Below are positions 1 through 11,958 of a stretch of DNA of 64,000 nt, one piece after another. Every line of letters starts with the position of its first letter. The stretch's first letter is position 1. The notes under the pieces are model-generated. The model was not told the origin of the DNA, ran no database searches, and worked only from the letters and a program-made list of their open reading frames with translations. The position numbers and the translations under genes are program-made. This DNA comes from Utricularia gibba (Eukaryota; Plantae; Magnoliophyta). The stretch is from NCBI GenBank assembly GCA_002189035.1, contig NEEC01000027.1, positions 372,001-436,000 on the forward strand, read 5' to 3'.

Positions 1-313
1 TAATAAAGGGCCGCTGGCTCCGAGGCCGGCCCACAAACTGCAGTAAGCCTAAATGGGGTGAGCGCGAACCCGACCCAACAAAACCGAAGCCCAAAAACTG
101 CAGTAGCCGATAACGCGAATTAGATGAGCAGCAAGGGCCCAAACCGACAAAGAAAATAAAATAAGGTCAAGAAACCTAGCCCGTTGCCAGGTCCATTGAA
201 TCTTTTTCGATTGCAAATCGCTTGTAAAACACATGATTTAAGTCTTGATGCATCGGATTTCATAAACCCTAGAGATTTCTAGAGGAGACGTACAACAAGC
301 TGCAGATGTTACA

Positions 314-3300
314 TTAGATCTGTGTTTGCGCGACGGATCTCGGAACTTTCATACCGAATCCGTGTTTGACTCTCTCCACCCTGTTGATGGATATCAAAGA
401 TCTGTTACGATGCAGGATGGGATGATGAAATGAAGGGGAGGAATGAGTGAAGACTACTCACGTTGGTGCCAGTTTCCCAAGGCCATCCAGTGCTTCGCCA
501 GTTTGCTCATCAACAACCTCGCCATTGATCTCGATGAGATAGGACCTGTTTCTGGTGATTGGAAGCCCTCTGGTGGCAAGCAAGTCCAAGTCCTTTTGGT
601 GGAGTTCACGTCCATTCACATAAACTGCGGTATTTCCAGCAGCACAATCTTCTGGCATGGGGTGACTAAACTCTTCTATGTTTGGCTGCACAATGCGTAG
701 CTTGTTATAAAGATGAGTTGCAAAGACGGGAGTTGGTGAAGACGATGAACTAACCATGATGATGCCTAGACAGGGATGACCCATCACACCCCAGAACCCA
801 GCTTTAATGTCATACCTGGATAACAAGGAAGAAGAGCATGCTGAATGCATTCAGAGGATCATGTTTCTGCAGAGGTATGCGATGTTATTACCAGTATTCT
901 CCAGGTTGGATTGGCCCAGCAAGCTTTTCAGCTTTCTTAACGGCACGCTCAGGTACAGGATGCCCGTTTACAAAAACCTGCGCTTCACGAACCTCCCCGC
1001 TGTGATTCGACTTGTCTTTTTTGAAGCTCTTCTTCATGAGATTGGAGAGGAAAGAATCAACGCCTTTGCTAGATTTTGGTGGATGCTCCTTGTTTGTTTC
1101 CATGGAATCCTGAGACGCATAGCCATTTGAGAGCTCGTTGGATGGAACGTCAATCTCGGATGCCACTGCGTGATCTTCAGTGGACTTCCTTAGAGAAGTA
1201 CTCCTCTCAAGAGAAGAAACATCCTCCCTTCCTCTGCTTCTTGTCTCCTTGTCAAGACTGTTTTCGACAATGTTGCCGTGTCCATGATCGGATAACTCCC
1301 TGGGAGACAGATGGGTAACACGTAGCGAGGATAAACCATTGTCTGGGCTTGCCCCATCCTGAGATAAGCTTGAAGACGAAGAAAGATGATTCAAAGGCCC
1401 CCTCTCAAAGTCGCTAGAGTTTTCCTTCTTATATGCTTCTGCAAACTTGTGCTGAGAGTCATCACTGCACGTGTTTCTGTTTCCACAATAAAAGTCGTCA
1501 TTCCAGTAGCCACCATTTTCGTCCCCTGTCTCGATGGAAGCATCATCAATCTCGGTTGGTATTTGGCCACCATGAGCAAGTACCGGTGCAACAGAATCCT
1601 TGCTCCCAAACTCAAAAAAGATGATTGAAGAACAAGCCCCACATTTCACTTTCTGTGGCGTCTTCACTGTTGAAATGTGCTTCCTGGGAAGCTTCACCAA
1701 TTCAAAGCAATTATAACATGTTATAAACGGAGCGCCACCTGCAACTGGAAGGCTCACTTGCTTGTTTCCATGAGCAACAGCCATCTTTCTTGGATAATCA
1801 CTGGAATCCAGTTCATTAGAATTCCAGTGATGCGGTGGGCGTAATCTCGAATCCCCAGTATCAGAAGGCTGAGGACCACGAGTGGTGGGAAATGAACTGT
1901 GCTGGTTTCTTGCACTACAAAACTGTTGGTCAATCGAAGTTCTCTGTTGACTCTTACCACAGCAGCTCCAGCAGTGACATGTTTCCTGTCGAAACAAGCT
2001 CTCATGTCTGCGAGGCAAATATAGATCTTGCATATCCTCACCATAATAATGTGGAAAACGGTGATCATACGCTTGGTGCATGTGCTGACGATGATATGAA
2101 GGCCTCCAATTCCTCTCATTTCGAAACTGATCAGCAAATGGCGGCACCTCATGCACACATCCTCGTACAGCACATTCTTGAGTTCTTGAACCATAACTCT
2201 TGGTGCAAGAAGCAAACTTTGAGGAGGAATGGCTGAAACAATGAGGCCCCATCTCATCTGGAATGAGTGGCAGGCTGCTTATAGCCTGAGAGTTGCTCAA
2301 GCTCTGGGGATAAGAAGCATTGTGCCCCCTACAGCATCCAGGCGAGGCTGCCGCATCATTGGACCTGCTGAGCTGATCTCTCAATTCATCAAGCCTCCTG
2401 AGAAGCTCCATCCGGTCGATTTCTGGATTTTCTGGTCTGACGGCTCCTGGGTTATAACCATGATGACACCTTGCTCTCTCACTGGGCATCCCATCTTCAT
2501 GACAAACAAAATCTTTGATCCTCGCTTGGCCAGAAGCCACCCTGGTTTGCATTCGAGATGGGCCAGACTCAAAATGCAGATCATCCCAACTGTCTGCAGC
2601 AGGTCCCAGTTTCATGGAATCCATAGAAACTCTAACATCTCTACCATTTGCATCAAAGTATGCATATTCAGGCCTATCTGCATTCAAGTCACAGTTTTTA
2701 GAAGGCTTCTTATTACGCACAGAATCTTGGTGGTGCTCCCTATCAGAAATTCCTCGAAAGTTTACTCCCCCTTCTTGTCCTGTCCCCTTTCTATAAGAAT
2801 CGGCTGCTCTTGCTGCAGTTTCATGTTGCGAAGTGCATACCGTTTCTTCACCCCGACCCGTTACAACTCCATTGACAGCAGCTTCTTTCTCACCATCAAT
2901 GAGAACCTCAGAAGCCCTGACAATGGTATCCTTCTCAATGTTCCGTCCAACGTTTGCATCATCAAGTATCTTGGAATGCCCGTTTTCAAGAATCCCCTTT
3001 CCTTTAGCTGCAAAACATAATTAGTTGCAGCATACGAAAGCTCAGACAAGACATCTATCACACGACAAAATGTCTGGATCAATAATAAAAAATAGAATAA
3101 TAATGATGTCATTGATCAGATAACTTGGTATACCAAAACAAAAGAATAAGAATCATTTTTGTTATGGGCTAAGCATATGAAACCAACAAGATGACCCAAT
3201 AGAAGAAGCTCCACACTGATCCATAATGGAGATATGCAAAAGATACCTCTGAGAACTGCACCACAGCCACCGCACTTGTAGATAGAAAAATCTGGGAGCT

Positions 3301-3361
3301 CAGGGAGGAGTTCTTCACACTTTGGGCACAGAACCAGTCGAACATTTGCAGCTTCAGCCAT
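314..3361 (-). CDS. EDR4-family zinc-ribbon protein with C-terminal XLG-like domain; exons 3361-3247, 3007-892, 815-755, 685-462, 380-314
   Basis: N-terminal VRLVLCPKC...CGGCG zinc ribbon, internal PFITCYNC...CGACS, and C-terminal PGEYWYD..GFWGVMG.PCLGII...VNGRELH...GKLAPTVERVKHGFGMKVP. All introns are GT-AG and in frame. Confidence 0.85.
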
Positions 3362-6300
3362 TCCTTCTACTCTAGTGTATGATGGGGGAATCTGGAAGAA
3401 AGACGAAGTGGGGATCAGCGGACCAACAAAAATCACCGACTTGCAGAGGGAAAAAAAGGAAATGAAAGCCTCACATTTAAAACCTTTAACTACCAACCAA
3501 GTTCGCTGAAAGAAGGCAAAAATATGCGTATAATATATTGGCCTAACAGCCAGAGTACAGCAAGACAATCATGCCCATTCTCATGATGGAAAGCCAAAGT
3601 CTCACCCGGCATTTCCCGGTGGGACAACCGGCATTTAGTGAACTCGCTAGATAAAAAGCGTACTGATCATGAGTGATGAAAATTAACGCATCAGCCAACG
3701 AACGGAAGCAGATCTATGGAACGAGAAAAATGATTTCATCAGCGCAACGCCCTGAGCAGAAATAAAATGCAATGTTCCACAAACAGGGGAAAATGAAATG
3801 GGAAAAATGGGGATGGTCCTCCTTCGTTCTTATGATGACTGACCACAGAAGAAAAACTGTTGCAAATGATGAGTTGTGAAAGACTTGGCGAACCGAAGCA
3901 CGAAGGAAAAGAGATAATTAACCGTTGAGAGCAAACTGCAGCAGTGACTTTACAAAAAAAAAACCCAGTTGCTTCACTACTTTTACTTTATAGGCTTGTC
4001 TACTACAACCCCAGGAACACCTTTCAACAAATTTCAAATCTTTCTCAACAAAACGTCAAACTCACACTTTCGGACCGACTGGCTGATCATTTCTCACAAT
4101 CAGCCAAACAGAACTCGATGGCGAAAACTAAAGAACAGCAGTAAAAGGAGAGAAAACAAATTATCAGTAGACTAGAAGTTTTAATGGTGTACCAGTGCAG
4201 TAATCAGGATGTACAGTTCGCATTTATTTCAACTTCTCAAAGTCCTTCCTTCCAACACCCTGTTGCAATGCTCCTTTCGCCTTGAAAAGCCCCCAGAAAA
4301 ATGCAAGCTTCGTAGCGTCGATGCGTTCGGTTGAAAAGTTTTCCAGATGAGGTTGAAGATGAGAAAGATGACAATGCCTGCTTTTTTCAAATGTGTCGGC
4401 TAATTTGTTGATGGAGCAGATCGGAGGCTGCGCTTTCGCAAATCTGGGGACCAACGGTCGGTAGACTTTTGTTGGGTCGCTCGGCCAGCTTTCTTCTCAA
4501 TCTGTGGCAATTTATTAAATTATCAGGGACCGCGATGAATGGAACACACTGCAGTGCAAGCTAGCGCACAGTTTTCCATCCTCGTGGTCTTCGTCTACCA
4601 GGCCGCCATCGTCATCACTACCGAAACGATTTTATTTACACTTTGAGGGCTATGTTTTTCTTTGGAAGGTTTTAGCTTTAGTCCACTTTAATCAAATCAG
4701 TCTCCTTTTATCTTAGGACCATGGAATTCCACTGCTTTCTTTAATCTTGCACCTGTGAACTTTTCTGATTTCTCTGGTTTTTCCCTTACTTTGCTCTCAT
4801 CCATGGTTGTGACAGAGAAACCCCCTTTATTCTGTAAAAACTTCATCGAAAGTCGAGAAAGGTAAAACCTTTCATCGAAAAAAACAAAAATCAACCTACT
4901 TCTTCTCTCTCACCTCATCTCTGCCTGCATTGATTATGAATCAGTCACCCGTGCAGAATCAGACCCAGAACCAGAACCAGTAATCGCTGGGTTAAAACTC
5001 AGCTTTTCACATTTTGCGTATAGCATTGGTGGTTTTCCCCAACTTCCAAGTCGTAGTCAGGATAGAGAAGATGCAACACGGATTTGTCTGAAACCAAATG
5101 GTGTGTGTATGTATGTATGTAAGGGGTATCGATTTCCCAGCACGAAAGAAAAGGAGGGAAAACCATTTCCCGGCTGTTGGTGGGGTGGGGTGTCGGTAAA
5201 TGTGAACTCCAAGATCCATTGGCTCCTCAAGATGAGATTTTCCACCCGGCTCCACCGCTCCAGGTGAAATCCCATTTTTTCCCCCAGAACACTCGAGAGC
5301 AAGACAGAGCAACAAATTTTCACTCACAAGATTGACGAAAGAACACGGAGAGAGATGCCCGTACACCGTCCACCGTGAGAAATTTCAGAGACAAACATAA
5401 GAAGGCAGGTGAACCAGTAAATAAATCTTTGACCGGCCAACATACATCACAACCAGACACCGCGACGGCATACTCCCCAATTTACCTCCCCCGGATTCAG
5501 ACTTGCAGAAGAAAGCTGATTGAATCAACCCTCGTCAACAAAACATGAAACGAACTACCGGAAGAATCGAAGAGAAAATGCCTTCGTTCAAATTCGCGAA
5601 TATCCGGTTGTTTATTTAATATTACCTATTTTTTAATATTATATTCCTATATGAATTTAATAATGGTATAATAATCTGATAATTGCAAATTAATATTCAT
5701 AATTTAATTTTTTATCCACGTAATTAAACCCTAGCAGCTATGGAATAATTCGGATCTCATGGCCCAATCAAGCAATGGCCTCTTTGATTTATTTCTTACC
5801 TGGGTCGGAAGAGGCCCATTGGGCCTATAGTACTATAAAATTAGGCGCCCGCTGCCCACCCTATTTGCAGCCTATCGAGGGAATTAATTACTAATTATTG
5901 TCTCATTTCACAATAATTAACGATTATTACCTTCTAAATCAGCATTAAAAAAATACATTCTGTGACCTAGAAGCTAGTGTGGGACCCGGATTTCATGGCG
6001 CATGCAATAAAGAAAAATGGAATAATCAATTTAAATATTCATGTGTGGGCCCTATCCAAGAGCACTATAAATGGATATGACTTGATAATTAGGAGCGGAG
6101 GACCGCCTTCTTTTTTAAGTGGACCCGGTGGGAATAATTTCGGATTAAAATTTTACTAAAATAATAAAAAAAGTGGGCAGGTGGAGAAATTTAAACTGAA
6201 GCCAGTTGCGAAGGTTGAGGGTGAAGGAGGAGGTGGGGCTGGACCATGCGATTGGCAAATCCCTTCCAAAAGCTGAAGGCTTGAGGAACTTTGCTTTATC

Positions 6301-6857
6301 CACCTTACGATTCTCCGAGTCCAACGAAAGCAAACCACCACTGGGAAAACTAAATAGAGAGACAAAAGGTTTCATCTTTATAGATTTGCATGTTGTGGTT
6401 GGGAGGTTGATATGGAGTTCGGACTCCATGTGCAGTGAAACAGGCTATGTTTTCTTTTTTGTTGGAAAAAGTTAACCCTCCTACGCTAAATCTGGATCAG
6501 ACCAACAGTTGGAGGTTTGGGCATCACCTTCTCTTTGTATACTGTCCCAGGGAGAACTAAACAGTTGTTTTTAGTTACCGGATCCGACCACAGGGTAGAG
6601 AAGGTAATTGGTGGTGGGTGGGCCGCCCGGCGCCCTGTGGAAACGACAACAACAATTTATTACCGGAATATCTGCCAAAGCTCCCACACATTTAGCCGGA
6701 GCGTGGCGCTCACTCGTTGACATCGTGGGGTTTTTGCTTGGTAGAAAGCCGTAGGAATTGTGCAATCTTTTCTTCTTTACGTAATGAAAAGGAGAATAAC
6801 GAAGATGAAGCACAAATGTATGCGGGAAGAATGTGTATTGAGTGAATTGAACATGAC

Positions 6858-7040
6858 GTGGTGCGCATATGGAGCATTCTAAAGTTGTCTTTATACAAGC
6901 TGTGGACAAGCCAATTTTGTTTGTAGCTTTTTACATCAACTAGAAGATGAGGTGGTGCGCATATGGGGTAGTTCTTCAAGTTGTCTTTATATAAGCAGTG
7001 TGGGCAAAGTCAATTTTGTCTATAGCTTTTAAGATCAACC
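6858..7040 (+). repeat. Imperfect ~94-bp tandem duplication upstream of TGA, with a third partial copy at ~7271-7290
   Basis: GTGGTGCGCATATGG...AAGTTGTCTTTATA.AAGC...CAATTTTGT...TAGCTTTT.A.ATCAAC begins at 6858 and again at 6952. Confidence 0.85.
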
Positions 7041-7684
7041 AACAAAAAATCGCACAAAAAAGTAAGCTTCACTGCAGATTTGATATCCGTTATCCTGAAA
7101 TCAAACTCATGATGAACTCTGTGAGCGAGGAGTTTGTTGTTCGCGTGTCATGATTTTCGTTATTCCCCTTCTAGGGAGATAAGTTTGCGAGGAAAAAGAT
7201 GTTTCTTTGCGGATTGATTTTATTCCATGTTCCTCTTTCTTCTTAGCTACGGCTGAACCACGCGGGCGGTTAGTTCTTTAAAGTTGTCTTCTTGAATCCC
7301 TTCTTCGATTAGCTTCCTGAGTAGTGGGTTTCAATCTCAAACTGGGATTTGTTCTTTGGTGTGCTCCTTGTTCTTGGATTGGATTAATAGAAGAAGGGAT
7401 CTTTGTTCAGTGGTTTTTGTCGGTTTCACTCTGGGTCACAGTCATAGCCATGCCAGGCGTCTATATGCTCAGTTCTGCTATAGACGACAGATGCAATAAT
7501 AGTTGCTACTGCTATTGTAGTAATTTTTTAAGCTAGTTGTCTGTTTGTTGCTTGTAATAAATGAATCTATATTGGCTTTGCTTTTCCATAGTTCCAATGA
7601 GGTATGGCTATTGTTCTGGTTTCATACATGGTGCAGTCAGTAGGAGATCCTGAGTTCCATGCTCAAGAAAGCAGCAGAAGAAGA

Positions 7685-9204
7685 ATGAAATCTGGAACAA
7701 CACAATTCGTTCCCAAGGGAAGGATTAGTTTCTGCGACCCGCTTCACCAAATGGCAATGTGGGGTGATTTCAAAGCCAACGCGTATGTGGATTCATCTCT
7801 TCCAATCATACTGGATTTTGAGCAGAAACATAGCAATCAGGTGAAACCGCAGTTGATATGAATCAATAGTCCCATCTCTTTCTCTGACATTCTTTTTACA
7901 TTTCTAGTCAGAAGAAGCTTCACAAGGAGCTCTAAGTGCTTCGCATAAGTGTGATCAGGGACATAAGAAGCCCGAGAAGGTCAAACTAGGAAGTTGATTC
8001 TGCTAAAGCAACATGGATTTAGTGTTGATGGGGATGAGTTTTGGACATGTAGGTACTAAGACGGCTGGCCCAGAACCGGGAAGCTGCTCGAAAGAGCCGC
8101 CTGCGTAAAAAGGTTGGAACTTGAAACTATCGCTATCATCTTGAATCTCAACTTAAATTCATGCTTGTCGTGCAGGCGTATGTACAGCAGTTGGAGACAT
8201 GTAACAAGCGACTGATGCAGTTAGAACAAGAGGTAGATCAAGCACGGCAACAGGTGATTAACAGACACTTTAGTTCAAACGTGGGTCGTCTTGTAAGAAG
8301 AAGAAGCTTCTCCTGCAGGGTCTTTACGCAGGCGGTTCTTGCGATGCTGCCCAGATTCCTGCCCCTGGAACGACGAATCAAAGTGAGTATTATTACATAC
8401 CACATCGTGTTGTTTGGTCCACGCCCCATCATTCCTTGCCTCCTCGTTGTCGTGTAGACGCTGCTGCATTCGAGGACCTGTACGGTCGCTGGTTGGAAAA
8501 GCAAAACAGACTAATCTCCGAGCTGAGAAATGCTCTGCATTCCAACACCGGAGATGCGGAACTCAGGGTTCACGTCGACAGTGCACTGCGGCACTACTTC
8601 GATCTCTTCTCCATGAAAGCTTCCGCTGCAAAAGCCGATGCATTCTACGTGATGTCTGGCTTATGGATAACTTTGGGCGAACGCTTTTTCTTCTGGATCG
8701 GAGGGTTTCGCCCGTCGGAGATTCTCAAGGTTTTTTTCTACCATTTCTGGTGCTGATGATTAGCAGAGGAGGTTGCTGCTGATGCTGATGTGGTTTGGTT
8801 TGAACCGACAGATGCTGGTACCCCATTTGGAGCCGGTGACAGATGAACAGCATTTGGACATTTTTACTCTCAGACAGTCGTGCCAACAGGCTGAAGATGC
8901 TTTAACCAAGGGGATGGAGAAACTGCAACAGAATGTGGCGGATACGCTCATCAGTGGCCAGCTCGGAGATGGGAGCAATGCCCATGAAGCCACTGCGGCT
9001 ATGGAGAAGCTGGAAGCTCTCGTACGTTTCGTGGTTCAGGCAGATAACCTCCGGCAAGGAACACTACAGCAGATTTCACGCATTCTTACCATTCGCCAAG
9101 CGGCTAGAGGGTTGCTGGTATTGGGTGATTATATTCAACGCCTTCAGGGTTTGAGTTCAGTGTGGTCTAAACGTCACTCCGATGCATCGTCCACTGGGAT
9201 GTAG
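7685..9204 (+). CDS. TGA1: TGA1/TGA4-like bZIP transcription factor with DOG1 domain; exons 7685-7840, 7908-7979, 8053-8112, 8176-8253, 8319-8382, 8458-8729, 8812-9204
   Basis: RRLAQNREAARKSRLRKKAYVQQLE basic region, ERFFFWIGGFRPSE and QSCQQAEDAL motifs. The N-terminus TQFVP..I...DPLHQMAMWGDFK is typical of clade I TGAs. Exact orthology and start codon are not certain. Confidence 0.92.
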
Positions 9205-9390
9205 TGTAGGAGTCCCTTTATTCTCACCATTTTGAAGGTCCCAGGAAATGTCAAATACAAGTAGTTTGTCTGTGATGCAGAAAAGGCGTGCCTTTTGTCT
9301 TTCTTTTTGAATAACTCAGATAACTAGAGGGCACTTACCATCTTTGAGAGCAGCGTTCACTGATGATGTTCAAACGCCTCTTACAGTTTT

Positions 9391-11539
9391 GATATGGAGT
9401 AGTCCAAAGCATCAACCAGGAAATCTGCATAGAGAAAGAGTCCGGAGTCCAGATACACATGGTTGCAAAGGGAGGAAGGTGAACAGTGAACGCCATTTTA
9501 GGGGATGCAGGAAAGTAAGTTTTACCTGCATCATCTTTGGTGAAACACATGGGCGGTTTTACTCTGAAGACATTTCCATGAAGCCCGCCTTTTCCGACCA
9601 AAACTCCGAGTTCTGTGGTTGTCAAAGTGTCTGATCAGTTAGTATGTGGGAGTTGAAATAAGAAGAACACGATCATGCAGCAAGGGTTTATGAAACCTCT
9701 CAGGCTTTCAAATAATACTGCAGTCTCAGCCTTGGCAGGTGTCTTGTCCGCCCGGTCAGACACAAGTTCAACACCAACCATTAAACCTCTGCCTCTCACA
9801 TCACCAATTACTAGCACAAAACAAGTAAATGCTTTTGAAACAACCTATGAATCGTATTGCATCCAAAATGGGAAAGAAAGTTGGAGGAAAACAAAGAATT
9901 TACTGTCATGTTTCTGTTGGAGATCCTTGAGGCGGCTGATGAGATGCGAGCCAACTGTAGCGCAGTGTTCTTGACGTTTCTCTTTGTCAAGAACTTTTAG
10001 AACTGCAAGTCCACCAGCCGAGCACACTGGGTTGCCTCCAAATGTATTGAACTGTATTTTCTGAGCCAAGGCACTAGCTATTTCTTGAGTTGTAACAACA
10101 GCTCCAAGTGGCAAACCATTGCCGATGCCCTGTTTTTAAAATTACGAAAGACTTGTGATGCAAATCCTGGGCATTGTAATAATACCGAAAAAGGAAACGA
10201 AACCTTGGCCATGGTCACGATGTCAGGAATCACACCCTGTGTCTCAAAGCCCCAGTAGTGGTTTCCAGTTCGACCAAAACCAGACTGAACCTCATCAGCA
10301 ATGCATACACCTCCACTTTGACGAACAATATCATAAACTGCCTTCAAGTAACCTGGGGCCAATTCAACTGCTCCACCAGCACCCTGTATTCATCAGATAT
10401 GAATTTCGAAAAACACAGCCACATCAAGGATCATTCCGCTTATAAATGAAAACTTGGTCCCAAGAACCTGAAATGTCTCTGCGATAAAGCCAGCAACTTG
10501 TCCAGATGTTCCGTGATCAATATGATCCTTCACATCTTCAGCATAGCGTTTGCCATCAGAGCCGAATGCACCCCTATATGGATTCGGGTTTATAACATGA
10601 TGAATTTCGCCCTGTGATGTCACATTAGAAGGAAGCAAAAGCTGAATGCTAACCCTTGTATTCACTAAAACAAATCCCAAACAAACAACTGAATCAGGTT
10701 CAAGTTGGGGATAAACCTGAGGAATCGGGTACTTCCATGTGCTCAAAGCAGTTAAACCAAGGGCACCTGCACTCCCACCATGATAAGAATTTCTCAGGCC
10801 AATCATTCCGAGATTGCCGGTGTACAGTCTAGCCATTAGCGTAGCTAGTTCATTTGCTTCAGTTCCTGAATTGACAAAATAAACAACCTGCCATTCCCAA
10901 GCTCAATGAACAACCCATATGGCATCAATATCAACAATGAACAGCAGAATTGGCATCAACCTTTAGGTTACCAGGCATTTTAGATGCCAAAGCCTCTGCA
11001 AAATCGGTTATAGCATGGTGTAGATATACAGTTGTCGCATGTTGAAGAAGCTTGCTTTGTTCTATTATGGCGTCTACAATATCAGGGTGGCAGTGACCAC
11101 AAGAAACGGTTACAATTCCAGCAATAGCATCAAGGTAACGCCGCCCATTCTCATCGAACAAATACTGCATTTTCCCCTCCACGATGTTGAGCTGCTCGAT
11201 CCAAGCATTGGGTTCATCAAGAATTATATCAGACAAAAGAAGGGCTCGACATTCTTAGAAAATTCTGCATGTATGATTCAAGAAATACAGGCTTACGGGC
11301 TTCTGGTAGAAGTGAAAAAGAGAGGGCCCCAAGAATCTCTTCCGCTTCTCCAGAATCTCATCTGCCCAAGGTCCCTTGTACGGCTTCGGCTCGTAGTGAA
11401 ACGGAGGTAGTTCCGGCGCGGCGATCCCGGCTAACCCTCGATTGAAAACCACATTTCCGGCGCGGCAGCACTGCCGTAATTGTTTGTTGATTGACGCGCC
11501 GCGGGAAGTAGCACTCAAAACCTTCCTCTGCCACCCCAT
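9391..11539 (-). CDS. AGT2: Alanine-glyoxylate aminotransferase 2 homolog, mitochondrial (class III PLP aminotransferase), 9 exons
   Basis: [70 protein letters not shown] and ending [14 protein letters not shown]. All junctions are in frame. Confidence 0.95.
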
Positions 11540-11958
11540 GGAAATGGAAATGGCGAAATTGAAGTGAAATTCCGTTCACTTACAGGAATCGGGGATGATT
11601 CACTGAATTTTCAACATTCAACATCACCCGGGGATCCACATGCAAGATGGCAACAGAGTGAGTGGGAATCTCGTCAGCAGCCAACCTGGATAAGGTAAGT
11701 CTGATGCGCATCTCTGCCCTACACGGTAACTAACGGTCAAAAAACTAGAAAGGAAACTGCTTTGAATGCAGCGAGGACTCAAACTTGTAATATTTTGACC
11801 TTCCTTTTTTTTCCATTGACATGAAGACAGTGGAGAAGCACGCATAAACTCAAAAATTACAACATACAAAAAGTTACAAAACGCATATGTTACAAAGCAC
11901 AGTGGATGAGATAAATGTGAGAAACTATTACACAAGGAGGTGATCACCTTTCTTCAAC

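Noticed and set aside
2229-3020. 263-aa plus-strand ORF, and similar shadow ORFs opposite BRI1, F5H, PMT, auxilin-like and the 36-37 kb gene
   Set aside because: They lie antisense to well-supported coding exons and have no family resemblance.
3673-3755. C/D snoRNA-like GTGATGA...CTGA (a second candidate lies on the minus strand at 4620-4523)
   Set aside because: No terminal stem and no convincing rRNA-complementary guide; the best resemblance was 8 nt. These short boxes occur by chance.
5720-5740. AAACCCT as a telomerase RNA template (also at 265, 28821 and 44383)
   Set aside because: No USE/TATA Pol III promoter or TR architecture; better explained as telo-boxes.
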